Below, piece after piece: positions 49,301-58,300 of a DNA stretch of 64,000 bases; positions within the stretch are counted from its first letter, which is position 1; each line of letters opens with the position of its first letter. The notes under the pieces were generated by a model. That model made no database searches. It had not been told where the DNA came from and worked only from the letters and a program-made list of their open reading frames with translations. Origin of the DNA: an uncultured candidatus Porisulfidus sp. (GTDB lineage: Bacteria; Pseudomonadota; Gammaproteobacteria; Poriferisulfidales; Oxydemutatoraceae); the NCBI GenBank assembly GCA_965215125.1, contig OZ244052.1, positions 352,001 through 416,000 on the forward strand, given 5' to 3'. The position numbers were made by a program, and so were the translations under genes.

Positions 49301-52077
49301 GCCGCAGATCCCAAAACACCGAATAACCCTTGATAATCGGCATCATCTCTATTTATCTGCACATTAAATATCGTATGACCGTTACCGTCGAAAATGCCTG
49401 TGAAACGATTTTTAGAAATACCTATAGGCAACCAGCCGGTGTCCGCATCGTTGCCGTAATCGGCTACCGTCCATTGCGCTTTATTGATCGGGTCGCGGTA
49501 GCTCGCATCCGAATTGAAATCCAAATCCCGCACTAGTTTGTATTTGCCGTTCAGTTGATTGCGTATCGCATTCAAATCTTCCAAATAATAAATGTCGCTA
49601 AAACCGTCATCCTCTACGACCTTCATCACCGATACCGGCTCGGATACGATGCGATGATCATAACCTTGATTGTCGCGATAATCCAACCATACACGATAGC
49701 CGATATTATCGATTTCCGACAACACCGTAGGTATCTGATAATGCATTTGTATCGCATCTCCGATATCCTGCCATAGCGTAGCTGACGGCAACTTGTACTG
49801 CCATTGATAACCGAAGCTGTTAATATCTGCACCACCGTCGGGATCTACAGATAAATCGGCTTCGCCGATATCCGCCACCGCTAAAGTACCCTCGCGATAG
49901 GTCGGGGCAGCTAAGGTATTTATGCTACCGCCGTTTGTTTTGACAACCGTCAGCGTCGTACTTCGGGTTACAATTGTCCGACCGGCACGCACTTCCACTT
50001 GCAACACAACGGGGGTCCGGTCAACATCTCGGGCAACAAAATCGTCGGGTATGTCTATATCCAATTCGGCTTGCCGAGTATTTAAGCCTTTTAATAAATC
50101 GGGTTGCGTCGGTGAGATTTGGCTCCAACGATAATGCACTCGTCGTAAATTCGGCTCGGAGGTTGAAACACTCAACGCAATGCGCCGACCTTCGCTCACC
50201 CTATGATCCGAACGATCGCTACTAATCGTTGCTTGTAAGTCGGATCGACGTATCACCCAAATCCGATAGTGCCTCGCTATCGTCACCAAGGTCGGCTCGG
50301 GGGCTACATTCAAAATAATCGGTGCCGTCTCGCCGTTATTCACCGAAGATAAACCGATTTTCTCGTCTTTAAGAATACTAATCGCCTGTGTGCTATTCGC
50401 TATCGTAGGGCTGAACCTTATCTCTGTTACATTATCGTCGCTTAAGTTCACACGATAATCGAAGGTCTGCGGATTAAACGCAGGAGATAAGCTCAACCCG
50501 TCTAATACAAGCAAACCCGAGAGCATGATGTGCTGACCCGACAATAGGTGTCCCTTTTCAGAACCCTCGCTATGTCTGAGTATCGGGTATTGTTCGCCGG
50601 TGCCGAACTCCCAATCGGCAACATCCCATCGTTCAAAGGTCTCGCCCGGTAGACCGGGGGCAGTCGGTGATTTTAGCTGTGCGGTAGTTCGCAAACTACC
50701 GCCGGCACTGAACGATATCCCGGCAGCCTCGCTATTCCAATAACTGTGTATTACACGCACCATGTCGGCATGCCTCGTTTGGTGTGCATAATTCCAGCCG
50801 ATCAACCCCCCGGCAGGCTCACCGCTTGCGACAACCTGACCGTTTGCAAAACTGTCGGAGACGATGCCTTTATTACTGCCGACCAAACCACCGACTCTAT
50901 GCACACCGCCTACATAACCGTTCGCATAAGTATTGCTTATTTGACCGCCTTCGTTCCAACCGACCAAACCGCCCACATCGCTATCGCCGTCTATGCGACC
51001 CTGCGCAAAACTATTGGTGATTTCACTATCCCTGTTCCAACCGACCAGACCGCCCGTATAAAGATTACCCGAAACCGCACCGCTCGCCCGACTATCGGCA
51101 ACTCCGCCGCTGCGGTCATTCGCACCGACCAACCCACCGCTATACGAACCGCCGCTTATTACTTTGCCTTCGGCATGGCTTGCACTAATCCGAGCATGGT
51201 TGAGACCGACTAAACCGCCGATATAATCATGCCCTTTTGCAGTCCCGTCGGCACGACTATTTGTCAGCGCACCTCGAGAGTTAAGACCGACCAAACCGCC
51301 GACTTGGTTGACACCGGATACACTCGTATCGGCAACGCTATACCTAATATGCCCTTCGTTGTGACCCACCAGACCGCCGAGACTATGACTGCCACCCTCT
51401 ACACGCTCGAGTATGACATCGCCGTTGAGTATCGTCCCGGCATTGACACCGAACAAACCGCCTACGGTGTTGCCTACACCGATTAGACGACCCCCTTCCA
51501 CACCGATATAAGAAACACCCCCGGCGTTATGACCGGCTAAACTACCGATGTACGAATTCCCTGTGATGTTTATTTGCGACAATACCAAATCGCTGATTTT
51601 CGCCGGCTTTGTCGTTGCCTTGAATAATCCGACATAATCCGACGGCCTGTTGATGTAAAGATTGGCTATCGTATGACCATTGCCTTCAAACCTTGCGCTA
51701 AAGAAACTCAGCCGATCGCCTATAGGCAACCAACCTAAACCACTCGTCCATGCTGCTTTGTTGATGATGTTGCGGTAGTCATCGGAAACATTGAAGTCTA
51801 GATCGTCGCGCAACTCGTAGCCGTTGCAACCGCTTTGCGGACACCCCGCAGTGATCTTGACTGCGTCAAAACTTTCTCTATAGCCGGTGCCGTCAAGCTG
51901 ATAGCGAACTGCATTCAATGCGTCCAAGTCGCATAGCTCTATCAAGCCATCGTTGTCTTGATCTATATCGGTTAAGTAATTGCATTGGAAACCATCTTGT
52001 GCCGATACGGGCTGTAATAACCCTATGACTAGTAAATAGAGGGCATATAGAAACCAATTTGGTCTTCTTTCGTTCAT
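34339..52077 (-). CDS. Gene C: giant secreted GLUG-repeat / cadherin-like beta-sandwich surface protein (5912 aa), putative adhesin
   Basis: Complete ORF in the track. Signal peptide MNERRPNWFLYALYLLVIGLLQPVSA|QDG. Same 10-module architecture and C-terminal tail as B. Confidence 0.92.
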   Translation of the reverse strand: MNERRPNWFLYALYLLVIGLLQPVSAQDGFQCNYLTDIDQDNDGLIELCDLDALNAVRYQLDGTGYRESFDAVKITAGCPQSGCNGYELRDDLDFNVSDDYRNIINKAAWTSGLGWLPIGDRLSFFSARFEGNGHTIANLYINRPSDYVGLFKATTKPAKISDLVLSQINITGNSYIGSLAGHNAGGVSYIGVEGGRLIGVGNTVGGLFGVNAGTILNGDVILERVEGGSHSLGGLVGHNEGHIRYSVADTSVSGVNQVGGLVGLNSRGALTNSRADGTAKGHDYIGGLVGLNHARISASHAEGKVISGGSYSGGLVGANDRSGGVADSRASGAVSGNLYTGGLVGWNRDSEITNSFAQGRIDGDSDVGGLVGWNEGGQISNTYANGYVGGVHRVGGLVGSNKGIVSDSFANGQVVASGEPAGGLIGWNYAHQTRHADMVRVIHSYWNSEAAGISFSAGGSLRTTAQLKSPTAPGLPGETFERWDVADWEFGTGEQYPILRHSEGSEKGHLLSGQHIMLSGLLVLDGLSLSPAFNPQTFDYRVNLSDDNVTEIRFSPTIANSTQAISILKDEKIGLSSVNNGETAPIILNVAPEPTLVTIARHYRIWVIRRSDLQATISSDRSDHRVSEGRRIALSVSTSEPNLRRVHYRWSQISPTQPDLLKGLNTRQAELDIDIPDDFVARDVDRTPVVLQVEVRAGRTIVTRSTTLTVVKTNGGSINTLAAPTYREGTLAVADIGEADLSVDPDGGADINSFGYQWQYKLPSATLWQDIGDAIQMHYQIPTVLSEIDNIGYRVWLDYRDNQGYDHRIVSEPVSVMKVVEDDGFSDIYYLEDLNAIRNQLNGKYKLVRDLDFNSDASYRDPINKAQWTVADYGNDADTGWLPIGISKNRFTGIFDGNGHTIFNVQINRDDADYQGLFGVLGSAASVRNVGLSNVRIEGRQYIGGLVGGNFGTIINSYANGIGVSATSVVGGLVGWNGITARIINSYAGGDVGGISIGGLVGFNEGSITNSYAMTNVEGVLAGSLVGSNLSTGSIINSYAIGRVQGRGGGLAATNRGIIRASYWNTETGGLQGRHGNGQSTQQMQLPTAAIGIYEEWDDADWDFGNSAQYPILEYASGPDGDACGLSGLPQCGALISPRLRYGLRSLATADSVVLSPEFDIEAQNRSGIYIGSLSSTDNVIRLIPTTIEPTAHISFYIGDDKTVYDRIRSGETSKAISLKPIGMTRIHIEVQGTVTVRYTLYIDYRSTAEFTPINYLEDLRAIHRRPKGSYKLARDLYFANDESYLDPLNRILWTVDDYSDSADTGWVPIGSESKPFAGRFDGNGYTISGLQINRDDADNQSLFGVSTSGALISNIGLLNLKIEGGAKVAGLIGTNRGQVGYSYVGGSVESKSIEGVAGGLVANNDGGDIIGSHAISEVSGTSLLGGLVGDNDGRIINSHADSIIILSSGGLGFGGLVGVNRDLVTNSYATGKVSIVAGGSHAGGLVGWNEPQAKIINSYAAVRVRGRNAGGLVGFLEGSTIENSYTISQASGTNGDNQSIGGLVGATSGAVKIIASYWNSDINTVQGSNGSGQITKQLQSQTPTMPANSIYKDWDTDDWDFGTSKQYPILKYTTATEGVFECGSSGMPQCGNLISPGLRYGLRDLTVANDVTFSPPLDIERLNQSGVYFGTVIGDHPSVRLMPVAIEPTARISIIGTVREILDSNNMNFLISLKSDEVKKVIIEVEGTKTVRYTLYLSYAHHRVIDEDGDGLVDIDYLEDLDAIRYQLDGSGYRADDESIKITSGCPSAGCRGYELLRDLDFNDVGSYRNAEKNMRLWTGAGAWQPIAGTFTATLKGNNKTIANLSVRSSGGLFTTIGSDSRVAYIDGIGLSAVDINGDIVAGIATSCKRCTISNSYVIGDIQGTAAAAGLVNTISATSGRRARISNSYFVGNLAVNGRSAVAGGLVGDVDSDLTITDSYVVGEIIGKQDSGFIGGLVGVRSSSVIEISYSYASVLATKADVPQGLFGGNRDPRDHLAPTVHTIYLDEDISETSVTLGESERAAELQSPTSATGIYMRWGSDNLGNSDNWDFGTDQQYPAIRYNLRADSTDGNAHCDTADIQRRPDACHTLLRHQGSLLRDLKLSEGAGLSSPFAFTSFDYGVSVNADRSTIRMLPTAFNAVATIEVFKDSTSIGETDSGEWTVPIPLNDTGDTVFSLVVKDGKRHSYRYQFVINRLDIVAQSIDEDGDGLIEISNATHLNAVRHRLDGGAYQQSETTDAIYCSNGCMGYELTADIDLAGIEWQPIGSLSEPFSGVFKGNGYTISNLTIKMGNTIGMGLFEVVGAGGRVENVGLVNVNIAGQNNVGAIAGYNFGTIINSYADGKLVVLNSYVGGLVGRNNGGTIVNSYANVDVHANNIYAGGLVGWNEANSFVVNSYAVGTVRANNGLAGGLVGSSPKSAKIHNSYAVGDVRVRTNGNLAGGLIAFGGLIVNSYYKAGAVISRADSLIGTDKTVMALQSGVPSDDIYTEWDRADWHFGNAEQYPALLYVPGNANDMVCRQPSLEQLSACNGGLFATLSEHDRAVVCRSHLPRLPEQTPYCGALLPEQRAGLVRLEFSKNAHLIPAFNPEIYDYDLVVDSGTEFRTTPTAYYGSDTITVDANSLSSSKRGRQSSLFTLSDNLDNIVITVRAANHNVPKRYTIRVLHSIVVVDGLISIDYLEDLDLMRNPIERLSDVLEDCPIDTEDNMRRCKGYKLSRDLDFNDPGSYRVGRVNSMWTTGAGWQPIGNRSNPFSSLLNGNAHTISNLRINDIATNNIGLFGVLADGARIENIGLLAVDIDVNGQSNIGTLVGENRGEIVSSYVIGGNVRGASYVGGLTGRNLGVIVNSRTDVAVAGINFVGGLAGSSQSGSRIYNSYAKGTVSGNKFIGGLVGLSQISILNSYASVAVIGSQSVGGLVGGASNSIINSYAIGKISGRSEGLIGSVRINFSAIQSYWDVGTSAVRDDNNNFNGIGKTTAELQTAAIGEGIYSRWHRNDWYSESGQYPVLRYTSATDIITRPACLEAEDTDTALPVCGTLLPNQYIGLSNLAHSSKLGQVLLLRPDFNSGIYDYELILKSDAREFSIIPYTFNSDAVIVVNDDSKTNPREELKNNQSTTLEIDNINSLLLTLTVEDPSVSRATQTTIYRFEVSKHSFITVSDIDEDDDGLIEVRNLEDLNAIRYQLDGSGYKAIRSDTKITEGCPNDVCLGYELARDLDFRDAASYRSGVVNTEWAENWQPIGDRDNPFESVFNGNNHTISNLRIDKSDTDNVGLFAALADGSQVKNINLSDVEIRGRLGVGSLAAYNAGEINNSYADGMIVGERGIGGLVARNENGGVIANSYSLSRVSGDTDIGGLVALNLGSITNTYAGGDVQGVTLIGGLVAHNIGRISNSYAYGVVSGRRSVGGLVARNESRGVIANSYSLNRVSGDTGIGGLVALNLGSITNAYASGGVQGVALIGGLVGENSGSVRNSYATADILCTGVPACASYTVTSGGLIGNSVGGIAINSYWDIATSNIRESAGGIGKTTLQLQLGTGQSSDAGRAYYRWHDSDWHFGNAYQYPILKYTTNTESTLTGLQSYGLASLKIAEAVSLSPNFSTTKLYYRVGVELDANIKQLHLIPNALDEDAIIRIVSDDGFDETVKTGTGSSAIVLRSNATTVISVEVSGARRIRYRFEVDYFFSDPKRNIDTDKDGLIDILTLEDLDAIRNALDGRRLRYQNADGALIENARGCPIAGCKGYELLQDLDFDNPAHYRAGRVNTAWTTGSGWQPIGTSLHPFTAIFKGNGYTISNLRVNRPDSDYIGLFGVLDGSKSDVVIEGIGLTDVDIIGGAHVGGLVGYNRAGDISRSYVSGSVMARGSGGSAIVGGLVGRNFAGSITRSYAETQVEANLSDRLTTSLAGGLVALNDNRGRIENSYAIGSVIGWDTVGGLVALNRGSSKIINSYTVNRAIAVGARSKVGGLVAVNGAMVVDSYWDIEASGIASSAGGSSATTAILRSSTPTSPINSIYKNWDADVWEFADANRYPELKAIADVPLLAPEGKSLLQSLTLSNNVRLFPSFHPLIFDYELIAESARMTEVRVDTTSTRVGTTIDIACRNGLICSSGIPTSFVLDGNHIPEITITTHNPDAGELSYHFSVRYDELKIERVTATTTTIVPLSLSVVEGERVRLMISYNFTLDEDLYRYKWRQSAGDVLKFNDRLSPVDTQSAVLDFTVPSDVVSKQDDSRVVQLAAGIGVNDVYMSRAISLIVSKANNDTADRIRLIEDNDKPYTYAVRLERADGSEFVDRDGGLAETHIQWQRRRSDAEDWVNVGSGSPYTIPNEGDYQYRVLAIYEDNQGYRERFESEVINYLDIDDDNDGLIEIRYLEELNAVRYRLDGTGYKATANASRITTGCPLVNGVEKCRGYELVEDLDFNDDESYRTPKPSVPKNRWTVSNFKNKNDSGWQPIGGVFNAVFNGNGYTISNMQINRSVRNQSNIGLFSQMGAVGKVKNLGLVNPTIKGLVGIKNVGGIVGRMERGGVIMNSYVVGDVGAGNTDKIITGDVGFGNGIGFIGGMIGWNRGFILNSYAKINVVAEDAGAPNTKRVGVGGLVGRNIEGGKVYNSYATGEVKGPCIVGGLVSSQFSINSNKLLTRSEIKNSYATGNVETGFGTCVNSNDKVAGGLVGVNNNSKIENSYTLGKVSGGSTLAGLIARGSASVNSYWNFNPNCVFTGFGISALKVQCFGIDSNVKNVRTAGNLKDPTLLNEGLGTCIEKLIGSNEELPENLCKTYVGWNVADWDFGTNTQYPALKYGIGPDKDNPGCGSDTLPSCNLLLPGQRSDGLLLSSLSLSVNSKNAQLLPIFDPNKFNYEATIKAEELPLIIKIAVGAGKGTAITIRKGGGSPLTKQPDNTVRISANDSFNLKIETAIGNNRKATYRIQVHLEHSPRPDLFNVIYDDVFSELSEGNIIDIVNAVNDGTPSELPQDNILSLNEGDVVRLDASKSFGQNDLQLAYRWSQVSGKTLLSGIRTASTVKFTVPADFVAGEEDDGTVILKLELSENNNSLTTVSREVPLLVRKMNNGNAESGVKWISSDTLSASNLSNDIDGGPLTDIGYRWLLERNGKFIAIPGATRKSYTPPEDARNAQYRLSISYTDGQGYRTNIHHDAPPYADIATHKDKDNDGLIEIETLEDLNVVRYQPDGSGYRASSTASKIATGCPDGRCRGYELVRDLDFLDDASYSSTANKVAWTTAAAWQPIGTVANNNCSDADSNCFAGIFDGNGYRITNLRINRDTTDEIGLFAGNTGTIRNLGLSAIEIRGNARVGGLVGRNEGELINAYVDGGSVVGQNNIIGLLTGISVSGASIINSYARGTVGGFRFVGGICGINFGMISKSYAVADVSAERGAGGLVGENRGPISNSYVAGSVSIGQKKRAVGGLVGTLWAGGSVSNSYSTAEVKTTFVATANTDAQYVGGLIGIRQSPGLIVANSYWDTDTSGQTNSPGGGTAKTELQMPTAPGTMVNDIYYTWGSDDWDFGTADEYPALKYHDNTCGTSTSSPDCGRLLLHQRIGLRALKLEQNVGAGHLYFSPDFDPAVTTYTVSVHADASELRVTPIAANPDASIIADGSVLPANDTDYSVSLNTSESTSTVIRVATSNAAGMEAPVVYKLTINNNRLPRISINAPASIVEGETFALNAAIADPEGDELSYSLSMIPNLLSDIQRSTGTVVGRADLRYALNIPSDLLGEMQSINDVDIVLTVDDGLGVVGETVRLTIVKENNGVISVPAPTLNGFRYTIAGIDLSSDSDGTNPTPEIAYRWQKELLGSWLDIDGATDQSHTVEGIIGNRYRVLIDYTDKQGYRHRGLASPAMSAPQQFIYNVVRSRGVVRTSTDRSTGIFVNIRVFPEGLLR
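41627..42045 (-). repeat. Intragenic duplication of GLUG coils in gene C module 7 (240-bp offset)
   Basis: Lines 41641-41760 and 41881-42000 are near-identical. The protein carries RNE..GVIANSYSL.RVSGDT.IGGLVALNLGSITN.YA.G.VQGV.LIGGLV twice. Confidence 0.9.
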
Positions 52078-52195
52078 TATCTGAGGGAGAGGGAATTACT
52101 AAAGAATTCAGAGACTAATTAGTTTCATCTTATTTCAAAATACCGTATTTACTTTATTATTAAGTTTTCCTTACACTAAAAAAATTTCCATCGAT

Positions 52196-52221
52196 ATAAA
52201 CCTATATACATGTAGGTTTAT
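52196..52221. promoter_or_regulatory. 9-bp inverted repeat in the predicted 5' leader of gene C (operator or leader hairpin)
   Basis: ATAAACCTA-tatacatg-TAGGTTTAT, 21-46 nt downstream of the -10. Confidence 0.4.
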
Positions 52222-52241
52222 GTTCTAAATATTAGACTTTA

Positions 52242-52250
52242 ATTATAGCA
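52242..52250 (-). promoter_or_regulatory. Extended -10 sigma70-type promoter for gene C (TGCTATAAT)
   Basis: Reverse complement of attatagca, in an AT-rich gap otherwise unrelated to the A/B upstream regions, ~165 nt upstream of the ATG. Confidence 0.55.
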
Positions 52251-52306
52251 CATTTACATGGAATTTTCTGAAAATTTAATGCCTTTAATTCTGCAATATC
52301 GTGGAT

Positions 52307-52335
52307 AATTTACCTGCCGGACAATCAGGTAAATT
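52307..52335 (-). terminator. Perfect 10-bp inverted repeat after gene D (terminator, stability hairpin or operator)
   Basis: AATTTACCTG-ccggacaat-CAGGTAAATT, ~46 nt after the stop. Lacks a classic U-tract. Confidence 0.4.
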
Positions 52336-52381
52336 CTTATTTAATCGAAGAATTAATCGCCGGATAAAGGAGGGAAATAGG

Positions 52382-55300
52382 CTAGCGTAAAAGGCCTTCG
52401 GGAAATACTCTGATGTTTACGAAAATATCCGTTGACCGAACCACTGAAGTTCTTAAAACACCCCTAGATCTCACGACATTATATATGAATTGCTGCGGTG
52501 CCGACATCGCCGGAGATGCTAATCCTCGATGCCTATAACCCTGCTTATCGGTATAATCAATCAATACACGATAGCGATCACCTATAATGCCTTCTACGGT
52601 ATGGCTTTGATCGGTGGCACCATCAATATCCAACCAGCTACCCAGCAGTTCCTTTTGCCATCGATAAGCGATCTCGGGGGTAGGATTTGTTCCATCCGAA
52701 TCCGACGATAGATCTATGCCTGCTATGGTATACCTAAAACCATTCAGCGTAGGCGCAGGAACCGATATAACACCGTTATTCTTTTTGATCATGGCGAATT
52801 GTGCCGTTTCACCGGCAACGCCTAAGCCATCGTCAACCGTCAAAACGATATCCACAACATCTGTGTTTTGCATTTCATCAAGCAAGTCGTTTGGTATGCC
52901 ATGCTCATACCTTAAATCGGCACGACCTACTACCGTGCCGGTGCTTCTTTCTATATCCGATAATAGGTTCGGAATCATACTTAGACTATAACTCAACTCG
53001 TCCCCTTCGGGATCTGCTATAGCGGCATTTAATGCAAAGGTTTCACCCTCTACGATTGAAGCAGGTGCGTTAATACTTATCCTCGGCAAACGATTATTAT
53101 TTATCGTCAATTTATAGACAACGGGGGCTTCCATTCCCGCCGCATTACTCGTCGCAACACGAATAACCGTAGAGGTAGGCTCGGAAGTATTGAGCAAGAC
53201 AGAATAACCGGTATCGTTTGTCGGCAGGACATTGCCGTCGGCTATGATACTCGCATCGGGATTAGCGGCTATCGGGGTGACTCTTAGTTCGCTCGCATCG
53301 GCATGAACCGACACCGTATAAGTCGTAACCGCAGGATCAAAGTCGGGGGAGAGATACAAATGCCCTGCGCCTACATTTTGTTCCAACTTTAGAGATCGCA
53401 AACCGATACGTTGATGGAGTAACAATCTACCGCAATCCGGCGACGGCGTTGAAGTGCCACAGGTGTTATCGCGGTATTTGAGTACCGGATACTCATCGGC
53501 GGTGCCGAAATCCCAATCATCGCTATCCCAAGTGTAATAAATATCGTTTACCATCGTCCCCGGTGCAGTCGGCATTTGCAATTCAGTCTTAGCGGTGCCG
53601 CCTCCCGGAGAGTTCGTCTGCCCACTTGCATCGGTATCCCAATAGCTATTAGCCACGATTAGTCCGGGTGATTGTCTTATGCCGATTAAACCGCCTACAT
53701 ACTGTGCATCGGTGTTGGCTGTTGCAACAAAGGTTGTTTTTACCTCGGCAGCCGAGTAGCTGTTGCTGACACTGCCACCTGCCCATAAGGTACCGACTAG
53801 ACCTCCGACAGCTTGCTTTTTATCACTAATGCTAACCGAACCTGCCGCATAGCCGTTGCTAATAGCACCTTGATTCTCGCCGACCAGACCGCCCGCATCC
53901 CGCTCTGCCGAAACATCGGCAACCGCATAGCTTTTGCTAATCATACCAAAGTTTACGCCACAGATGCCACCTACAAAACGAGAACCTCCGACAGTGCCAC
54001 GCGCATAGCTATTTATAATCGACGCACCCGACACGCTTACGCCGGTTAACAGACCGATAATATTATTTTGTCCTACGACACTGCCTCCATCGACATAGGC
54101 ATTTATTAGTTCACCCTCGTTGCGACCGACTAGACCACCGACCCTAGCATTACCTCTTATTTCTATTGCCGATAATCCGAGATTGCGAATGGTGCCGGTA
54201 TTTCCGGCAAACAGACCTATTTCATCGGTGGTGTCTCTATTGATCCGTAAATTGGTGATCCTATATCCGTTGCCGTCAAAAATACCGGCGAAACAGTCGC
54301 TATCCGCATCGCTACAGTCATTGTTAGTAACAGTGCCTATGGGTTGCCAACCTGCAGCGGTCGTCCAAGCCACTTTATTGGCGGTTGAACTATAGCTTGC
54401 ATCGTCTAGAAAATCCAAATCCCTAACCAATTCATAGCCTCTGCATCGGCCGTCGGGACAACCTGTAGCAATCTTGCTCGCCGTAGAACTCGCACGATAG
54501 CCGCTGCCGTCCGGTTGATAACGAACCGCATTGAGATCCTCGAGGGTTTCAATTTCTATTAAGCCGTCGTTGTCTTTGTCTTTATGCGTAGCGATGTCTG
54601 CATACGGCGGGGCATCGTGATGAATGTTCGTCCGGTAACCCTGTCCATCGGTATAGCTTATAGAAAGTCTATATTGTGCGTTGCGAGCATCTTCGGGAGG
54701 CGTATAGCTTTTTCGGGTCGCACCGGGGATCGCAATAAATTTACCGTTCTGTTCCAGCAACCATCGATAGCCGATATCGGTCAACGGCCCTCCGTCTATA
54801 TCATCCGACAAATTGCTCGCTGAAAGCGTATCGCTACTTATCCATTTCACGGTACTTGTGGAATTTCCATTATTTGCCTTTCTCACCGATATTGGTATCT
54901 CTCTTACGGAAGATTCCGGATTATTGATTTCGTTAAATTCCCATCTTAGGGTCACCATGCTATCGTCCTCGTCCCTTGCGACAAAATCGACAGGTACCGT
55001 AAACTCTCGGGTAGCCATCGTCTCTGACAGCGGCTTCCCCGATACCCAACTCGATCGAAATGCAAATAGTCGACCGATTAGCCCATCCCAGGCGATATCA
55101 AAGCGCACAACATCCCCTTCGTCTAAGAAAAGAATACTTTGTTTAGGTATATCGGTAAGGGGAGTACCGTTTATTGTTTTGCGAATATTCGGCAGAATCG
55201 GGTACTTTAAGCGCACCTGTACTTGATAGTTCGCTTTTCTATTATTCCCGAGCGTGGTCTCAATTTTAAGTCTGAACGACTTATTCGCACTAATTTGCAC

Positions 55301-58300
55301 GGTGCCGTCCGATTGTTTGGTCAGAGGTGCGCCGCCGTCTTTACGAATCGTTATCGCGGTACCTTCGTCGGCATCGGTAGCGATATTTATAATCAACGGC
55401 AATTCTTCGGTTTCAATGATTGCTTCGTAGTTAAACCTACTCGACTTAAAGCTCGGGGTCAGCCGCACAGCTCTTGAATTGGCAGATAAGCTCAGCCGAT
55501 CCAATAAAAGCGCATCGGCAATCTGACCGGACAATAAAGCATTACAACTCGGCAACGCCGTTCCGGGATCGGTGTCGCAACCCGGGTCGGCCGCATCCAA
55601 TCCGACGCCGTATTTGAGTGCCGGATATTGCTCTGCATTACCGAAGTGCCAATCGGTAGTACTCCAATTCGTATAAGTTCTGCAATTGCGAATAATACCA
55701 CTATCTTCTATACATGCCGCATAATTAAAATCCGGCGTTGTAGCGGATTGAAGCCCAAAACTCAACCTTGCACCGGGATGCACCGAAGTGGGAGCGAAGC
55801 TCTTATAACAAAACACTACGGGTATCCTATTATTATCCGAGTCGAATATTAAACCCTCATTACAATTCATGCTAAAATTCCAATAACTATTGACCGGCTT
55901 TGCAATAGAACCGTTGCCGACGGGAAACCTGCCGGCAACCAAGCCATTGAGTGTGCCGTCACCCGAAACCTCACCTAGGGTATAACTATTTTCAATCGCT
56001 GAGTTATTATTAAAACCGACTAAACCACCGGCAACTCTGTCGTTTGAGTTTACGCAGGTGCCGAACCCGGTCTCTACATTGCCGGTTGCATAACTGTTTT
56101 TGATTTCGCTCCTTTTCGGTAGCTCGTCTGAGTTGGTAGAAAACTGATTGCCTACCAAACCCCCGACGATGCAAGGTCCTTTCACTTCACCGGTCGCATA
56201 GCTGTTATATACCTTGCCTCCGTCTATGTTCCTACCGACCAAACCGCCCACTCCGACCCGCTTGTTTGCTAGTGTTCCGGAATCTTCGGCAGTCACATTG
56301 ATCCTCGCATAACTATTGAGTATAAAACCTTTATTCCAGCCGACCATCCCGCCTATGAATCCTATACCGTTGCCGAAGCCGACATCACCTGTTATTATTT
56401 TATCGGTGTTTCCTGCTCCGACATCGCCGACCACATAGCTATTCATGATGACACCGCCGCGTTCTATTCTGCCGGCAATACCACCTACATTTTTGATCCC
56501 AGCTAAACCTTTGATTGTCGGATCTACCAATCCCAAGTTCTTAACCCTTCCACCTGAACCAATATTAGAAAATAGACCTATATTGCTTTGATAGCCGACG
56601 CTACGATTTATTTGCATATTGGATATCGTATAACCGTTGCCGTTAAATACGGCATTAAACCCACTTATAGGCTGCCAACCCGAATCGCTTGCATCCCTAA
56701 AATCACTCACCGTCCAACTATTTTTGAGTAGCGACGGACTCGGTGTACGATAGCTTGCATCGTCGGTAAAATCTAAATCGTTCATCAGTTCGTAACCCTT
56801 GCAGCCACCAGAGGCACAACCCGTTGTGTTGGTCGTAGACATTGCATCGGCTTTATAACCCGAACCATCCAAAACATAGCGTATCGCGTCCAAATCTTCC
56901 AAATAACGAATCTCTATCAAACCGTCGTTATCGTCGTCTATGTCTAAATAGTCTATAACTCTGGATGCCAGTTGTTCACGATAACCTTGATTGTCTTCGT
57001 AAGTAGCAAGTACACGATATTGATAAGCACCTTCGTTGGGAATAGTATACGTAGACTCGCTCCCGACATTGATCCAATCTTCTGCATCGCTACGACGACG
57101 TTGCCATTGTATATGAGTTTCGGCAAGGCCACCGTCGCGGTCTACAAAATCGCTACCGTCTTCTCTTTCAAGTCGAACGGCATAAGTATAGGGTTTATCG
57201 TTATCTTCAATTAAGCGAATACGATCGGCAATATCGTTGTTCGCTTTGGAAACTATCAATGATATCGCTCTGCTCATATACACATCGCCCACACCGATTT
57301 CCGCCGTCAACTGTACGACATGGCTATCGTCTTGCTTAGACACTACATCGCCGGGTACCGTAAAATCCAATACGGCACTTTGTGTGTCAACCGACGATAG
57401 CCTGTCGTTGAACTTCAGCACATCGCCTGCCGATTGCTGCCATTTGTAGCGATATAAATCTTCATCCAAAGTAAAATTATACGAAATCATTAGGCGAACA
57501 CGCTCGCCTTCGGCTACCGACAGCGATAGTGGCACGATTGTCGTTGTTGTTGCCGTCACTCGTTCAATTTTTAGTTCGTCATAACGTACTGAGAAGTGAT
57601 AAGACAATTCGCCGGCATCGGGGTTATGCGTGGTTATAGTAATTTCCGGTGTATGGCTACCGTCCAATACAAACGATGTAGGAATACCCGACGAACATAT
57701 CAAACCATTGCGACAAGCAATATCTATAGTCGTGCCTACCCGTGTCGATGTGGTATCGACTCGTACTTCGGTCATTCGGGCAGACTCGGCTATGAGCTCG
57801 TAGTCAAAAATGAGCGGATGAAAAGACGGGAATAGTCGGACATTGTTCGATAGGGTCAAACTCTGCAACAGACTTTTCCCTTCGGGAACAAGCAACGGCA
57901 CATCGGCAATCGCTTTCAGCTCGGGATAGCGACTCGCATCTGCGAACTCCCAAACATCGGCATCCCAGTTTTTATAAATACTATTAATCGGAGAAGTCGG
58001 CGTAGACGATCGGAGTATTGCCGTGGTCGCAGAAGAGCCGCCGGCACTCGATGCGATACCGCTCGCCTCTATATCCCAATAACTATCGTCAACTACCGCA
58101 TCGTTGACGGCAACCAAACCACCTACTTTAGACCTCGCACCGACGGCTATAACCCTATTCACCGCATAGCTGTTGATGATTTCGCTCGAGTCTCGGTTGA
58201 TAGCAACCAAACCACCGACGGTGTCCTGACCGATTATAGACCCTATCGCATAGCTATTCTCAATGCGACTGCGATTGTCGTTTAAGGCAACCAGACCACC

